From Gracilinanus agilis (taxonomy: Eukaryota): a stretch of 64,000 bases of DNA. The notes under the pieces are model-generated. The model was not told the DNA's origin and made no database searches. It saw only the letters and a program-made list of their open reading frames with translations. The translations under genes were made by a program, and so were the position numbers. Location of the stretch: contig NC_058131.1 in NCBI RefSeq assembly GCF_016433145.1, positions 347,099,076-347,163,075 on the forward strand. Direction: 5' to 3'. Of this stretch, positions 36,560-47,591 are shown piece after piece (the stretch's first letter is position 1; every line of letters starts with the position of its first letter).

Positions 36560-39500
36560 AGGAGGATTTAGTCCCTTATGTACATAGCTTTTTTTTTTTT
36601 TTTTTTTTTTTAAAGAGGATTCAAACCTGAGTTATCTTTTATTTAGGTAAAACAAAAGGAAAGGGTCTACTGTCATTTGTATGTGATTCCTGTTACCTTG
36701 CCAGAAGGAGAGAAAGATATGATAGCAGGAATGCAGTGTGCTCATTCTCCCTAACTAGCAATTTCCACCTTATACAAAGCTGTTTTCTTGTTCTGCCTTG
36801 TAAATGTACATTTAGAACATTGACTAAGGTGATCTGTAGGAATTGAGAAATAGCTTAGATAAATGTACTTTTCTGTAAAAGGCAGACAAGGATGTAATGA
36901 TGTTTTTAATGTTTCAGAAGCCTAACTTTTTATGCAGCAGTTACATTTTACATTTCACTAAATGAATTTTGACACTTGGCTAATGGTTTAACAGAAATAT
37001 GGTTTCTGGAATACGTATTTAGTGTTCTGTATATGGGAAATTCAAAGACAACTAAATGAGTCCTGGCTTTAGTCAGTAATTCACCTTGCATTATGATAAA
37101 CAATTGGCAAGAAAGGGAGATTCAAAGATTCAATTTCTTGATGGTAACTTTTCAATTAATGTATCTGTAAAAGTTTCTTTGTAAATACTGTGTGTTCTGG
37201 TGTGTCTAAGGTTCCAAACAAAATGATCCCTGCATTTCCTCAAATGTACAGATAAGTGTGGTAAGCAACACAGNNNNNNNNNNNNNNNNNNNNNNNNNNN
37301 NNNNNNNNNNNNNNNNNNNNNNNNNNNNNNNNNNNNNNNNNNNNNNNNNNNNNNNNNNNNNNNNNNNNNNNNNNNNNNNNNNNNNNNNNNNNNNNNNNNN
37401 NNNNNNNNNNNNNNNNNNNNNNNNNNNNNNNNNNNNNNNNNNNNNNNNNNNNNNNNNNNNNNNNNNNNNNNTTTAAAAGGCTGTGAGCAATTTTATTTGT
37501 ATTTTCTAATTGTCAAAAACAGATACAGTATGGTATCTATGAAGTTTCTTTTATCAAATCATTGTGGTACAGTTGGGGGGAAACTACATCTGGAACCAGA
37601 GAACCTGGGTTCAAATCCTAGTTAAGCCACTTTCCATTTGGAGATTAGTTTCCATATCTGTAAAATAAGGGGCACTAAATTTAGAAGACCCTCTGGATTC
37701 ACTTTCATTTCTGAATTCCATGATCCTTTGTGACCAAATTGGTGAACAATGGAAATCTGAGTTCTACAAAAGACCGTTATTAAATATTTGCTTATCTAGC
37801 CCTTTTTTAAAAAAGTATTTTACTTTCCCAATTGCATATAATAATTTCCAACATATTTTTTGAGATTTTAAGATTCAAATATTCCTTCCCTCTCCCCTCC
37901 TGGAGAATGGTAAGCAATTTTATCTGTAGCCTACCTTTAAAGGCAATTTTTCCTATCTAGATTGATTTTTCTCTGTGCAAACTTTGGAAAAAAATCTTCC
38001 ATGCTTCCTGATCAAGACTTATCGTTAGTGTCTTAATTTGATATCTTGTGATCGAAGTACTAGTATCACAGGAGTTATGTGCTAGAGACCCTTTATAACA
38101 GGTGAAAAACCTGCAGTTACGGCGTTGTTTATATTTTGAGGCTTTATAAACCCTTTCCACTCTTCTATAAATCTTAATCCACTTATTAACCTACAGTCAC
38201 CGAGCTAATCAGATAGGATGCAGAACAGCACTGTTTGGTGGCTTTCATTCCATAAATGTAAACTGATTCAGAATTATATATATATTACATATATATGTGA
38301 TTAATGAGGGACAACTGTATATTCATTTTTTCCCTGATGATCTAATTGGACATTTTAACTCACATAATTATGCAACGGAATGGAATTTACCCAGATCTCA
38401 CTGGAGTCCAAGACTTGCCCTTGTCCACAGTCTCAATATACCTATTTAACTTGGCAGTTCTAACACCTATTTGTGGTGGCTATCTGACCAGGTAAACTTT
38501 CATTCTACCTGTTATTCTCAGATCAGAAAAGGTTTCCTGTTATATCTAAGAACTTTATAAAAAATGCTGTTCTTAACACAAAACATGGATACCAAAGGCA
38601 GTTGTGAGAGTAAAGTAAAAATTGTCAAAGTTGTAGGTAAACAAGCATAATGCACACTGCTTTGGTGAGTTGGGAATTATTTCATGTAGATATCCTCTTC
38701 AGGGTTATGTTTTGTTTGTTGATTAACAAATAAAAAAATCCTTAGATTTTTATTACATTACCATGAGAAACATTTGGTTTTGACTAGGAATTTTGGTTGA
38801 AGCAGAGCAGGACTAAAGTAATTTTTAAAGGAAGTAGCAATGTTTATTATGGTGCATTTATTAATAACAAGCAGTTTGGATTTAGGTTATACATGTCAAC
38901 AGCCTTTTTCTCAAGGGAGCTGATGAACATAAACTAATGGCTTGTATAAGTTTTTTTAAGAACCCTGCATTTCATTTATGAGACTACAATAGTACCTATC
39001 AGCAAAACTTGGCCCAAATATAAGTAATTAAGAGAAAGGAGGGGCTGCTTCCAGAGTTCAAAAAGTTCACAGGAGAGCAGATTTACATGTTAGCTTCATG
39101 ACAATATCTCCTTTTGGAGGATTTAAAAGTCTCAAGCAGGACTCTCATGAATCTGTCATAAATCTCTAAAAAAATGCTTGTAAAGCAGCTATCTCCACTT
39201 GTCCAGCCATCTCACTTTTAGTATTTTTCAGTCTATACAACTTTCTCTAAAAACTTTTTCTCTTTGGACTAATAATTTCTGATACTCATTCTTAAGATCT
39301 TTAAATTATCCTTGACTTGCCCACCACTTCCAGTTACCAAAAATGGGGCTCCTTTTTAAATATGTTCATCTTAGAACTGCTAAATTAAAGATGTTTACAG
39401 CATTTGAAATGAAGCAAAAAAAATAGTCAAGCAGGTTCAGATATTTCAGTCTCTTGATGAAAAAATGCTGTTAAATTACATGCAAACTTACTCATTCAGA

Positions 39501-40358
39501 AACCTGATCTAGTGTTTAATATTTTACATTTTAAAAATTATGATTTGTTCCAATTTGTATCTGATCTTTCACTTTCAATGCCACACTGGACTAATGTTTT
39601 CCTTTGCTCTAGACATTCTATAGATCACTATTAACTTTCTATAGTTTTGTCACTTATCCTTAGTTCATTTCCAAATTTTTAGCAAACTGCAGAGTTTTTA
39701 TTTTGCACATCACCAAAATAAAATATTAAAGCTTCCATATACACAACAGAACCCCCCAAAAAATCTCCCTACAGGTGGCTATCATATTTGATCTTGACAT
39801 TTCTTTTTCTCATCCAAAAGATACTTTTTTGTGCAGAGATCAAAACGACTACAAACAGGTGTGGACTTGCTGATCTGCATTCTCCATAAGCTAGTGGACC
39901 TTTTGGAAAATAGGTCGGAGGTGCCCTAGAATGCATCAACCAATGACTACAAATTAATTTAAATTTAGAGTTAAGATTCTATCTTCTATCCCTCTTTTTG
40001 TCTGTACTCAGACCCGCGAAATTATAAGATTCACATGTGAAAAATCAATGAACCGAGGCCAGGCAAATCAAATTATTTGCCACAGAAAACAGTTAAGTAA
40101 GCAGAAGGTTTTCTAATAACAAAGCCATTGTTTCACTATATCACAAATCTTTTCCTATCTAGTATAAGCCTTCCCTTTAAAACTTGAACTGGGAGGGCAG
40201 GGCGGGGAATAGTGCCGGGTCTTGAATTGCACCATCCTACAAGCAGGGCAGCAGTCATGGCTTCATAGCACAAGAGACAAAGCCAAACAAGGCCCTCTCC
40301 TCAAACATTAGTCGGTCCCGAAAGCCCAAAAGCATTGACATTGCACGTACTCAAAGGC

Positions 40359-40364
40359 TTTATT
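40359..40364 (-). terminator. ROMO1: ROMO1 polyadenylation signal AATAAA
   Basis: TTTATT on +, about 50 nt past the stop codon. Confidence 0.8.
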
Positions 40365-40414
40365 ATATTACACAAGGATGTGCGGGGGTGGAGGGAGAGA
40401 TGGGGGTGCCGCGG

Positions 40415-40523
40415 TTAGCAGCGAATGCCCATTCCGATGGCCATAAATGTTCCGAAGGTACCCCCGCTCTGCATCATGGTTTTGCCAATTCCGCCCATCA
40501 GCTCCCGGCCCCGCATCCCGATC
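40415..40523 (-). CDS. ROMO1: ROMO1 last coding exon: [35 protein letters not shown]
   Basis: CAG acceptor; TAA at 40417-40415; 109 nt. Confidence 0.97.
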
Positions 40524-40805
40524 CTGGAGGATGAAGCTTTAATGGAGATATGTGGAGACAGGCTCCAGGACATGAGGCCCGTCACCATCCCCCCACTCCC
40601 GGCCCAGGTGCCTCCTCCCTAGGGAATTCAATTCGCCCCTTAACGCCAGGCTGCGGCCACTCCAGGCCCAGCCACCTCCCTCCCGGCGCCGACCGGCTGC
40701 CGGCCTCTTTCCTCCCGCCACTCCCCTAACTCTCGTTGCCCCCAGCGTAGGTGCGTGCCGAGGGTCGAAGATCGAGCCCGGGCCGATCTCGAAGGTTGCT
40801 CTCAC

Positions 40806-40936
40806 CTGAGGCACGAGAAGGTACCGAACAGCGCCCCAGCCGCCATGCCCACGGCGCAGCCCATCACGAAGCCCATCTTCACCCGGTCGAAGCAGCTGGG
40901 CTGGGACTGACCATAGGGACCCACGGCCACTGGCAT
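40806..40936 (-). CDS. ROMO1: ROMO1 first coding exon: [43 protein letters not shown]
   Basis: ATG directly after the CAG acceptor; GTGAG donor; 131+109 = 240 nt = 79 aa, matching human ROMO1 as recalled. Confidence 0.97.
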
Positions 40937-41140
40937 CTGTGCGAGAAGAGACGGGCAGGGATCCAGACTTGAGGCGCTGTGGCCTTCGGCAGAACCGGGA
41001 ATAGAATCGCCGTCCGTACATCCCCAAGAAAGTGAGACCTCGGCCGGGGAATCCGCCGCGAGCAAGGGCGCCAGGCCCACACCTAATCTCCCTCCCCAGC
41101 CCCTAGCGGCACCCCAAGCCCTGTCCGAAAACCTACTCAC

Positions 41141-41200
41141 CTCGTTTTCGGCCTCAGTTGCTCCACTTTACGTTTCGGGAGGCGGGAGGTAAAGTCGTTT
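41141..41200 (-). other. ROMO1: ROMO1 non-coding exon 1 (5' end approximate)
   Basis: Perfect donor GAG|GTGAGT on - at 41140-41135. Confidence 0.7.
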
Positions 41201-41281
41201 CCGGGACAGTGAAGAATAACTTCCGGGAGGTACGAAACGGAAGTGAGAGACAACTTCCGGCCCCAGGAGGCGACGAAGAAG
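41160..41281. promoter_or_regulatory. ROMO1/NFS1 bidirectional promoter with ETS/GABPA sites
   Basis: CCGGAAGT on - at 41219-41226 and 41253-41260; CGGAAGTG on + at 41238-41245; CCGGAAA on - at 41198-41204; within a CpG island of about 40380-41480. Confidence 0.8.
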
Positions 41282-41360
41282 ATGCTGTGGCGGACGGTGT
41301 GGAGAGCGGCTTTCAGGGTCGTGAGCCCCTCCCCTGCGCGTCGGGGACTGCGCCTGCGCG
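41282..41360 (+). CDS. NFS1: NFS1 exon 1, mitochondrial presequence MLWRTVWRAAFRVVSPSPARRGLRLR
   Basis: Arg-rich with no acidic residues; 79 nt; GCG|GTATTG donor. Confidence 0.92.
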
Positions 41361-42020
41361 GTATTGGCTGCTGGGTTTCTGGCCCCCTCCCCTATTTCCC
41401 CCAAATTCTCTCATACCCTCCCATTCCGTACCCTCCTGGACCGGCGGGACCCTTCTTGTACTTCGCCGGTTTTAAAATAACTGATTTGAACTTTGATGTA
41501 CTCAGCTGGCCTCTCATTGGGCTAAAGGCCGGACCCCATTCGCCCTGGTCGATCTTAACCCCCCCCAACACCACCACACCTCCACTCACCATATACAGCC
41601 TCTTCCCTAGACCTACTAGTCACCCCACAGCCAGATCTCCCCACTTTTCCCGAGACCACCCCTCTTGTAGGCCTTTCCAGCCGTATGTTGCCTTCACATC
41701 GCCAAACACTGGCAGACCACCTTCTACACCTCCCCACAAAATGCCCTCAGACCACCCCAACCCCCCCAAATTTGACCAACCTCCATCTCCTCAAAACATC
41801 TAAAAAATTGGACCCACCCAGCCCCAAGCCAGCCAACCCTCTAAACCCTCAAGGCTTCCATTCCAAAAGATTTATTTACCCCTAAGTCATTTCCTATGCC
41901 AGAGATGTCCCTGTGATTTCCCCTCCTCTTTCAGCCACCCAGACTCCACATTCCCTTTAGTGTTGTCTTCTCTCCACAACAGTTTTCCAACAAGGTACTC
42001 TTCTCCCTCTATTTTTTCAG

Positions 42021-42127
42021 GTCTAGACCGGTCACCTCACCCATCAGGCTTCTCAGATGTGCCCCCCCCCACGGAGGAGATTGTGCTCCGGCCTCTTTAC
42101 ATGGATGTACAAGCCACTACTCCCCTG
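42021..42127 (+). CDS. NFS1: NFS1 exon 2 (...VLRPLYMDVQATTPL)
   Basis: 107 nt; AG/GT boundaries. Confidence 0.95.
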
Positions 42128-42680
42128 GTGGGCAGCAGCTTGGGTGCAGCAACTTTTGAAGTGTAGCTTTTGAAGAAAGTTGGGCAGGACACCTTTGGAG
42201 CCCCTGGCTTTGGGAGTTGGTTGGGTAGGATAGCAGATCACTGAGAACCTCTTTGAGGTTAAGAAATGTTTTGTTTTTTTTAATTGTTCAAAAACTAACA
42301 TTTGTGCTATATACTTAGTAAGGTCTTAATAAATATTGAGAAATGAAAAGTAGTTGGTATAATAGAAACATTTGCCAATACTCAAGTTAGGCAACTTATT
42401 TCTCCACTTAGATCTTTTCTCACTTGTTAAATAGAAGTAATAATACTTGCCATGTGTACTTAGGATTATAAGAACCAAATGACTGTAGGTATGCTATGTC
42501 AATTTAATTGTTGATGTGATTAAAAGCAAGATCTGATTTAAAAACATCCTGGCTCGGAAAGGAATGTTTCTCTGCTCTTGCTTCCTATACAGTGAGTCAG
42601 ATTCTACTAACCCACCTTGGCAGACTAGTGAGAGCAAGCAGCCAGCCTGGGATGACTAATTTGGATCATGTTGTGCCTAG

Positions 42681-42797
42681 GATCCTCGGGTGTTGGATGC
42701 CATGCTCCCCTATCTGATCAACTACTATGGGAATCCACACTCCCGGACACATGCATACGGCTGGGAGAGTGAGGCCGCTGTGGAGCATGCCCGACAG
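42681..42797 (+). CDS. NFS1: NFS1 exon 3 (DPRVLDAM...[23 protein letters not shown])
   Basis: 117 nt; donor is CAG|GCAAGG (GC). Confidence 0.93.
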
Positions 42798-43163
42798 GCA
42801 AGGAAAAAAGCATCAAAGGGGTTGGGTCTGAAGGCCTGGGTAGGTTAACTTATAGCAATTTGGTTCCAGGGAGTGTAAGTGAATTTGGGCTTTTTTAATG
42901 ATCAGAGGGAGACTATTTCTGTCTTCCTGAAATAGAAATAGAAATAGGACCCAAGATTCATAAAATACACTCTGGACTTCTTCCTAACTCTATTCAGGAC
43001 AAGATTTATAACCCTGACAGGAAGTGTAGAAAGTGGTCACACTCTGGTGGGGGATCTCTGCTCTACTCTCCCTTTCCAGGAGCTAGATTCTTCCAGCCCT
43101 GTCTGGTATGGTCACTTTTTGTCATTGGTGTCATGTGTTAAGTGACTGCCCCTTCTATTGCAG

Positions 43164-43247
43164 CAAGTGGCATCATTGATTGGGGCTGACCCCCGTGAGA
43201 TTATCTTTACTAGTGGAGCCACCGAATCTAACAATTTAGCAATTAAG
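43164..43247 (+). CDS. NFS1: NFS1 exon 4 ([28 protein letters not shown])
   Basis: 84 nt. Confidence 0.97.
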
Positions 43248-44549
43248 GTAAGATGGAGAAGGGGGGCGGGGGTGGGGGAGGGAAGAAACAGTACAAAAGT
43301 AAGGGTGATGACTTCTCTTTAACAGCTCAGTTTTTGGAAGCCCCATCCCAACCACCTTCATTCCTGACCCCCAAATATGACTTTCCCCTCCATTTTGTAA
43401 TTTTTTATAACTCTTCCCTAAACCATTTCATATCTTGGAACACTGACAGAACTTGATGTTCAATGAATTTGGGAAGTTGCTAGTGTAGATAGATATGTTT
43501 TCTTTCCAAAGAGAAGATATTCTCTCTGTAGCCTTTGAATTTTGATTTGGGGAAGTAGACAATAAACTTGTGATTGGATGACTCCTTTTTTTGTTTTAAT
43601 GGTTGCAGCCTCTCTAACCCCACTCTGGGGTTGTGTTTGTGTGGCATGCTGCAGGACAGGAATATACATGCTATGCTTTATTTTTTCCAGATTTTTAATT
43701 CAATGTTCATTTTTTTTTTTTTACCATTTTTTCCTCCAGCTTCATTCTAGTGTATATGGAGTCAAAGCTCCCTCCTTCCTACCCAGACTTCTCTGTTGCC
43801 ATTGTGGCTTCTGACCAGAGTAAAATCCTACAAGTGTTTTCACACCTTCCTCCAGTGTGTGCCTCCATATAAGTTGGAGACAGAAGTCCAGTGGAGCTGG
43901 TTGCACAAACCTAGACTTCTGTCTTCAACTACTTTACCTCTCACTTTCTATCATAATCAGGATCTACTGTTTGTAGTGTAATCTTTTCTATAGCTCCTTT
44001 GATCCCTGGAGCATGTTTCTGTAAGTACTATTCTAATCCAAGTAAAATTCCCCTCTCTTTAGTAAACTGGGTAAACTTCCTTTGACTCCACAGAATAACA
44101 TATGATTAAGACACAATAACCTCTGTTATTTCCAGAGAACAAAAATGAATTACTAATTCCTATCAGATCCTCCTCCCAACTCATATACACTCTGTCCTTT
44201 TGGTGCTTTGTTGCCAACTTCAATCTACTTTGACCTTGGCTTGACCAGGGAGTTTGGAATAGGTTTTAAAGAAGCTAGGATTGTATATTTATCTTCTCCC
44301 TTCATACTTCATAATAGTACTAAAGTGGAGATTTGGAAACAACCTACCTTCTCTAAATGAAAATTATTGCCTCTTACTTGGTCAGGGAATACAAAAATTC
44401 TTTTGACACTTATGAAAGATATAACCTGGGAAATCTGAAAGTAACGTAATCCAGAATGTCACTATCTTAGATGACATATGTAAAGAATCTGTCCTCTATA
44501 TTCTTAGAACTGCCACAAAATAGGTGACAGAGTGTCAGTGAGAAGCTTC

Positions 44550-44936
44550 TTTTTTTAATTTTAATTTTATTTAAAAAATATTTTTCCATATTTACACGAT
44601 TCATTTTCTTCCTCCCCCCACCTTTCCCTCCCCCCTCCCAGAGCCAACAAGCAATTCACTGGGTTGTATAAATGTTATCATTTTCACATTATTCATTTTT
44701 ACCAGAGAGCAATCTTTTAAAGCTGAAACCCTAAATCATATACTCATATAAACAAGTGATAAGTCGTAAGTTTTTCTTTTGCGATTTTATTCCCATAGTT
44801 CTTTCTCTCAATGTGGATGGCATTCTTTTCTCATAATACCCTCAGGAATGTCCTGGATCATTGCATTAATACCTGTAGCAAAGTCCATCACATTGGATAG
44901 CTCCACGATGTTTCACTTCCAGTGTACAATATTCTT
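44550..44936 (-). mobile_element. 5'-truncated L1 3' end
   Basis: T-rich start and marsupial L1 3'UTR text; TSD AGTGAGAA(G/A)CTTC at 44537-44549 and 44937-44949. Confidence 0.8.
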
Positions 44937-45058
44937 AGTGAGAAACTTCCGTGGAAACTCCTCTCCTATTGCTATCTTGTCCCCTTTCCCAGTCCTGAAA
45001 GAAATAAGAAATGTCATTTTCTGCCTAAGAAACTTCTCTTTCCCCCACCAATTTCTAG

Positions 45059-45211
45059 GGGGTGGCCAGGTTCTACAAATTGCGGAAGAAGCATGTGATC
45101 ACCACCCAAACAGAGCACAAGTGTGTGTTGGACTCATGTCGTTCTTTGGAAGCTGAGGGCTTTCAGGTCACTTATCTCCCAGTGCAGAAGAGTGGAATCA
45201 TTGATCTGAAG
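45059..45211 (+). CDS. NFS1: NFS1 exon 5 ([28 protein letters not shown]...IIDLK)
   Basis: 153 nt. Confidence 0.97.
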
Positions 45212-45585
45212 GTGAGAAGGCCCCTTAATGGAAAACATAGTCTGAAGAGGGAATAGAATGGGGCAGCAACTTATTCCCAACATTATTTATCACAGTTCCC
45301 CTATAATTGGACCCCTCCACTGAGGCTAGACTGGTCTACTACCTGTCTTGCCAACATTCCATCCACTTCTTTCTCTGAAGCTGAAGATGCAATTTTCCCT
45401 CCTTTTCACTTGAGTCTAATATGGGCCCTAACTCCTTTATGAAGCCTTTTCTCTTCCACCTGTACCTAGTATAACCAACTACTTTCATGACCTACAGGAC
45501 ATATTTCCACTGCTCACATGGCAATTATTTGCCAATTTTCATTGTTTTCTCTTTCTATATAAAGAGCATATTAAATACTGAAATA

Positions 45586-45958
45586 TGTTAAAGTTAAATT
45601 AATAACTCTTAGATCTTAGTTTCCATAGAGTTTATTAATATTTACTTGAAATAGAGAGCATAGAGATAGAGGGAGATTTAAACCTTTCTAATCTTATCCT
45701 AATCTTGCCACGTGGTGGTCTGCCTCATGGCTTCCAGCCAGCGTCCTGCAATGCTGTTGTCCAAGGGAATAGAGAGAGAGCACTCCCTGGCACCCCCTCT
45801 TTTATTCTCTCCTTAACCCTGGAACCCACCTTTCCCTTCTGGGTCATGTGCCTAGGTCCCTGTCCCAAGCTCTCATGAGATGTTGTGGATGCGGCACAGA
45901 AACACAGGTTGGACAACTGCAGTATATAATTCCTGGGGGAGGGGGTTCCCTTTACACA
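45586..45958 (-). mobile_element. Solo LTR, antisense in NFS1 intron 5
   Basis: TG...CA ends; AATAAA on - at 45636-45631; flanks AATA/AATG are an imperfect 4-bp TSD. Confidence 0.55.
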
Positions 45959-46914
45959 AATGTAATACCTCCTAGGGCAATTGTTTCCTCTTCAGTATCA
46001 CTCTTAAAGGGAAGACCCAATGACTGTGTTGTTGAAGGGAATTCTATATAGATATCTGATTTGTACTGGAGAGTTATAATGGAGAGTTATAATGGACAGC
46101 AGGCAAAGTCAGAAGAATCCGGATACAAGTTCCACCTCAGACATATACTGACTGTATAACTCTGAGAAAATCACTTAACTTCTTGGTGACTCAAGCAACT
46201 CTCCAGGAAAATAATGGAAAACATGGGGCAACTAGGTATCACTAGATCTGGAGTCAGGAGATCTGGGATCAAATCTGGCCTTAGATACTTCCTAACTTGT
46301 GAGCCTGGACAAGTCACTAAACTCCAAATGCCTAGCCCTTGCTGCTCTTCTGTCTTTGAATTGAAACTAAAGCAGAAGTTAAGAGTTTTTAAGGGGGGAA
46401 AAATGCAAAAACAATTGCTGATTTGCATTTGTAGAAGGAGCTCTCTCATGAAGTTACCTATATCATTGCAATTACAGTGGCAAATCCCGACTTCAGACCT
46501 CCTAAAAATGTGTGGAACAAGATACCCCCTGCTACACTTTTCATCTCTGAGATTCTTTAGAGTTCCTTTGCCCCAACTGGCTTGCTAGATTCTTGAAGGC
46601 AAGAAATATATCTGGGGCCTCTTGGTCTACCTTGCCTAGCACGTAGCCTCATGCCTTAGGCATAACTGATACTTAACTTTTTTCTAATGGATTGATAGAT
46701 GCTGTAGGGTTTATATCATTTGGTTTAGATGTAGTGCATATCTCTGGAAGTTTTTACTGTCTATCAGTACTTTCCAGCCAGCTGGTATCCTATAAGAATC
46801 AGAGGTGGGAGATTACATTTTCTAAGATTGGGCATCTGTCATGCTGAGAAGGAAAAGAAATGATACAATCAAGTTTCTTTTCTTCCCCATCTTACCCCAT
46901 CTTTATCTCCTTAG

Positions 46915-47008
46915 GAGCTGGAGGCAGCAATCCAACCAGACACAAGCCTTGTCTCTATCATGACTGTGAACAATGAGATTGGAGTGAAGCAACCTATTGC
47001 AGACATTG
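46915..47008 (+). CDS. NFS1: NFS1 exon 6 ([31 protein letters not shown])
   Basis: 94 nt. Confidence 0.97.
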
Positions 47009-47591
47009 GTGAGTATTTCAGGCTCTCTGTCCTACAGGTGAAGGTGGGCAGTGGGCAGTGATAGACACGGGATCCTCATGTTCTGAAATCTTGTATTTCT
47101 TAACCAGTTAGCATTAGTCAAGCATAAATTGCAAAATCTGTATTATTAATCGATCATTTTATATTATTAATCACTCATAATAGTCTGTACCGTTCTGTTA
47201 TACACACCAGCTTTGTGCTATTCTATATTATTACTCACTTATATTGTTCTGTATTTACCTTAGTTCTCAACTGTTAGGCATTATTAGTCACCTATAGTGG
47301 TCATCTACTGTACTATAGTTTCCCCATGTTCCCGTCTTTGACGAAGGCATTCCAGAAGGGTAACGAGACTTCTCTACATTGACAAATGATGGTAGGTGGG
47401 ACAATGGCAGGAAATATGGGACATGTGCATGAAGGGCTCTGGCAGTCCAGAAGAATCCGCCAAACCTGCACATATACCTTATTCCCTTTTTGGTGTCCTC
47501 AAGATCACCTATGATATGTCAGACCCAAAACCACACCTCTACTGGAATTTGAACTCACCTTATCAATGCTCGTTTTCTGGGATTTGGGGCT

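Noticed and set aside
40539-41140. Long ORFs (162 aa, 112 aa) over ROMO1
   Set aside because: GC-rich intron read-through; the 112-aa ORF is the real exon extended into intron 1.
41243-41803. 186-aa Pro-rich ORF from a GTG upstream of NFS1
   Set aside because: NFS1 exon 1 frame reading into a C-rich intron; no homology or coding signal.
43305-43367. GTGATGA...CTGA pair in NFS1 intron 4
   Set aside because: 63 nt, 2-3 bp stem, no recognisable rRNA or snRNA complementarity.
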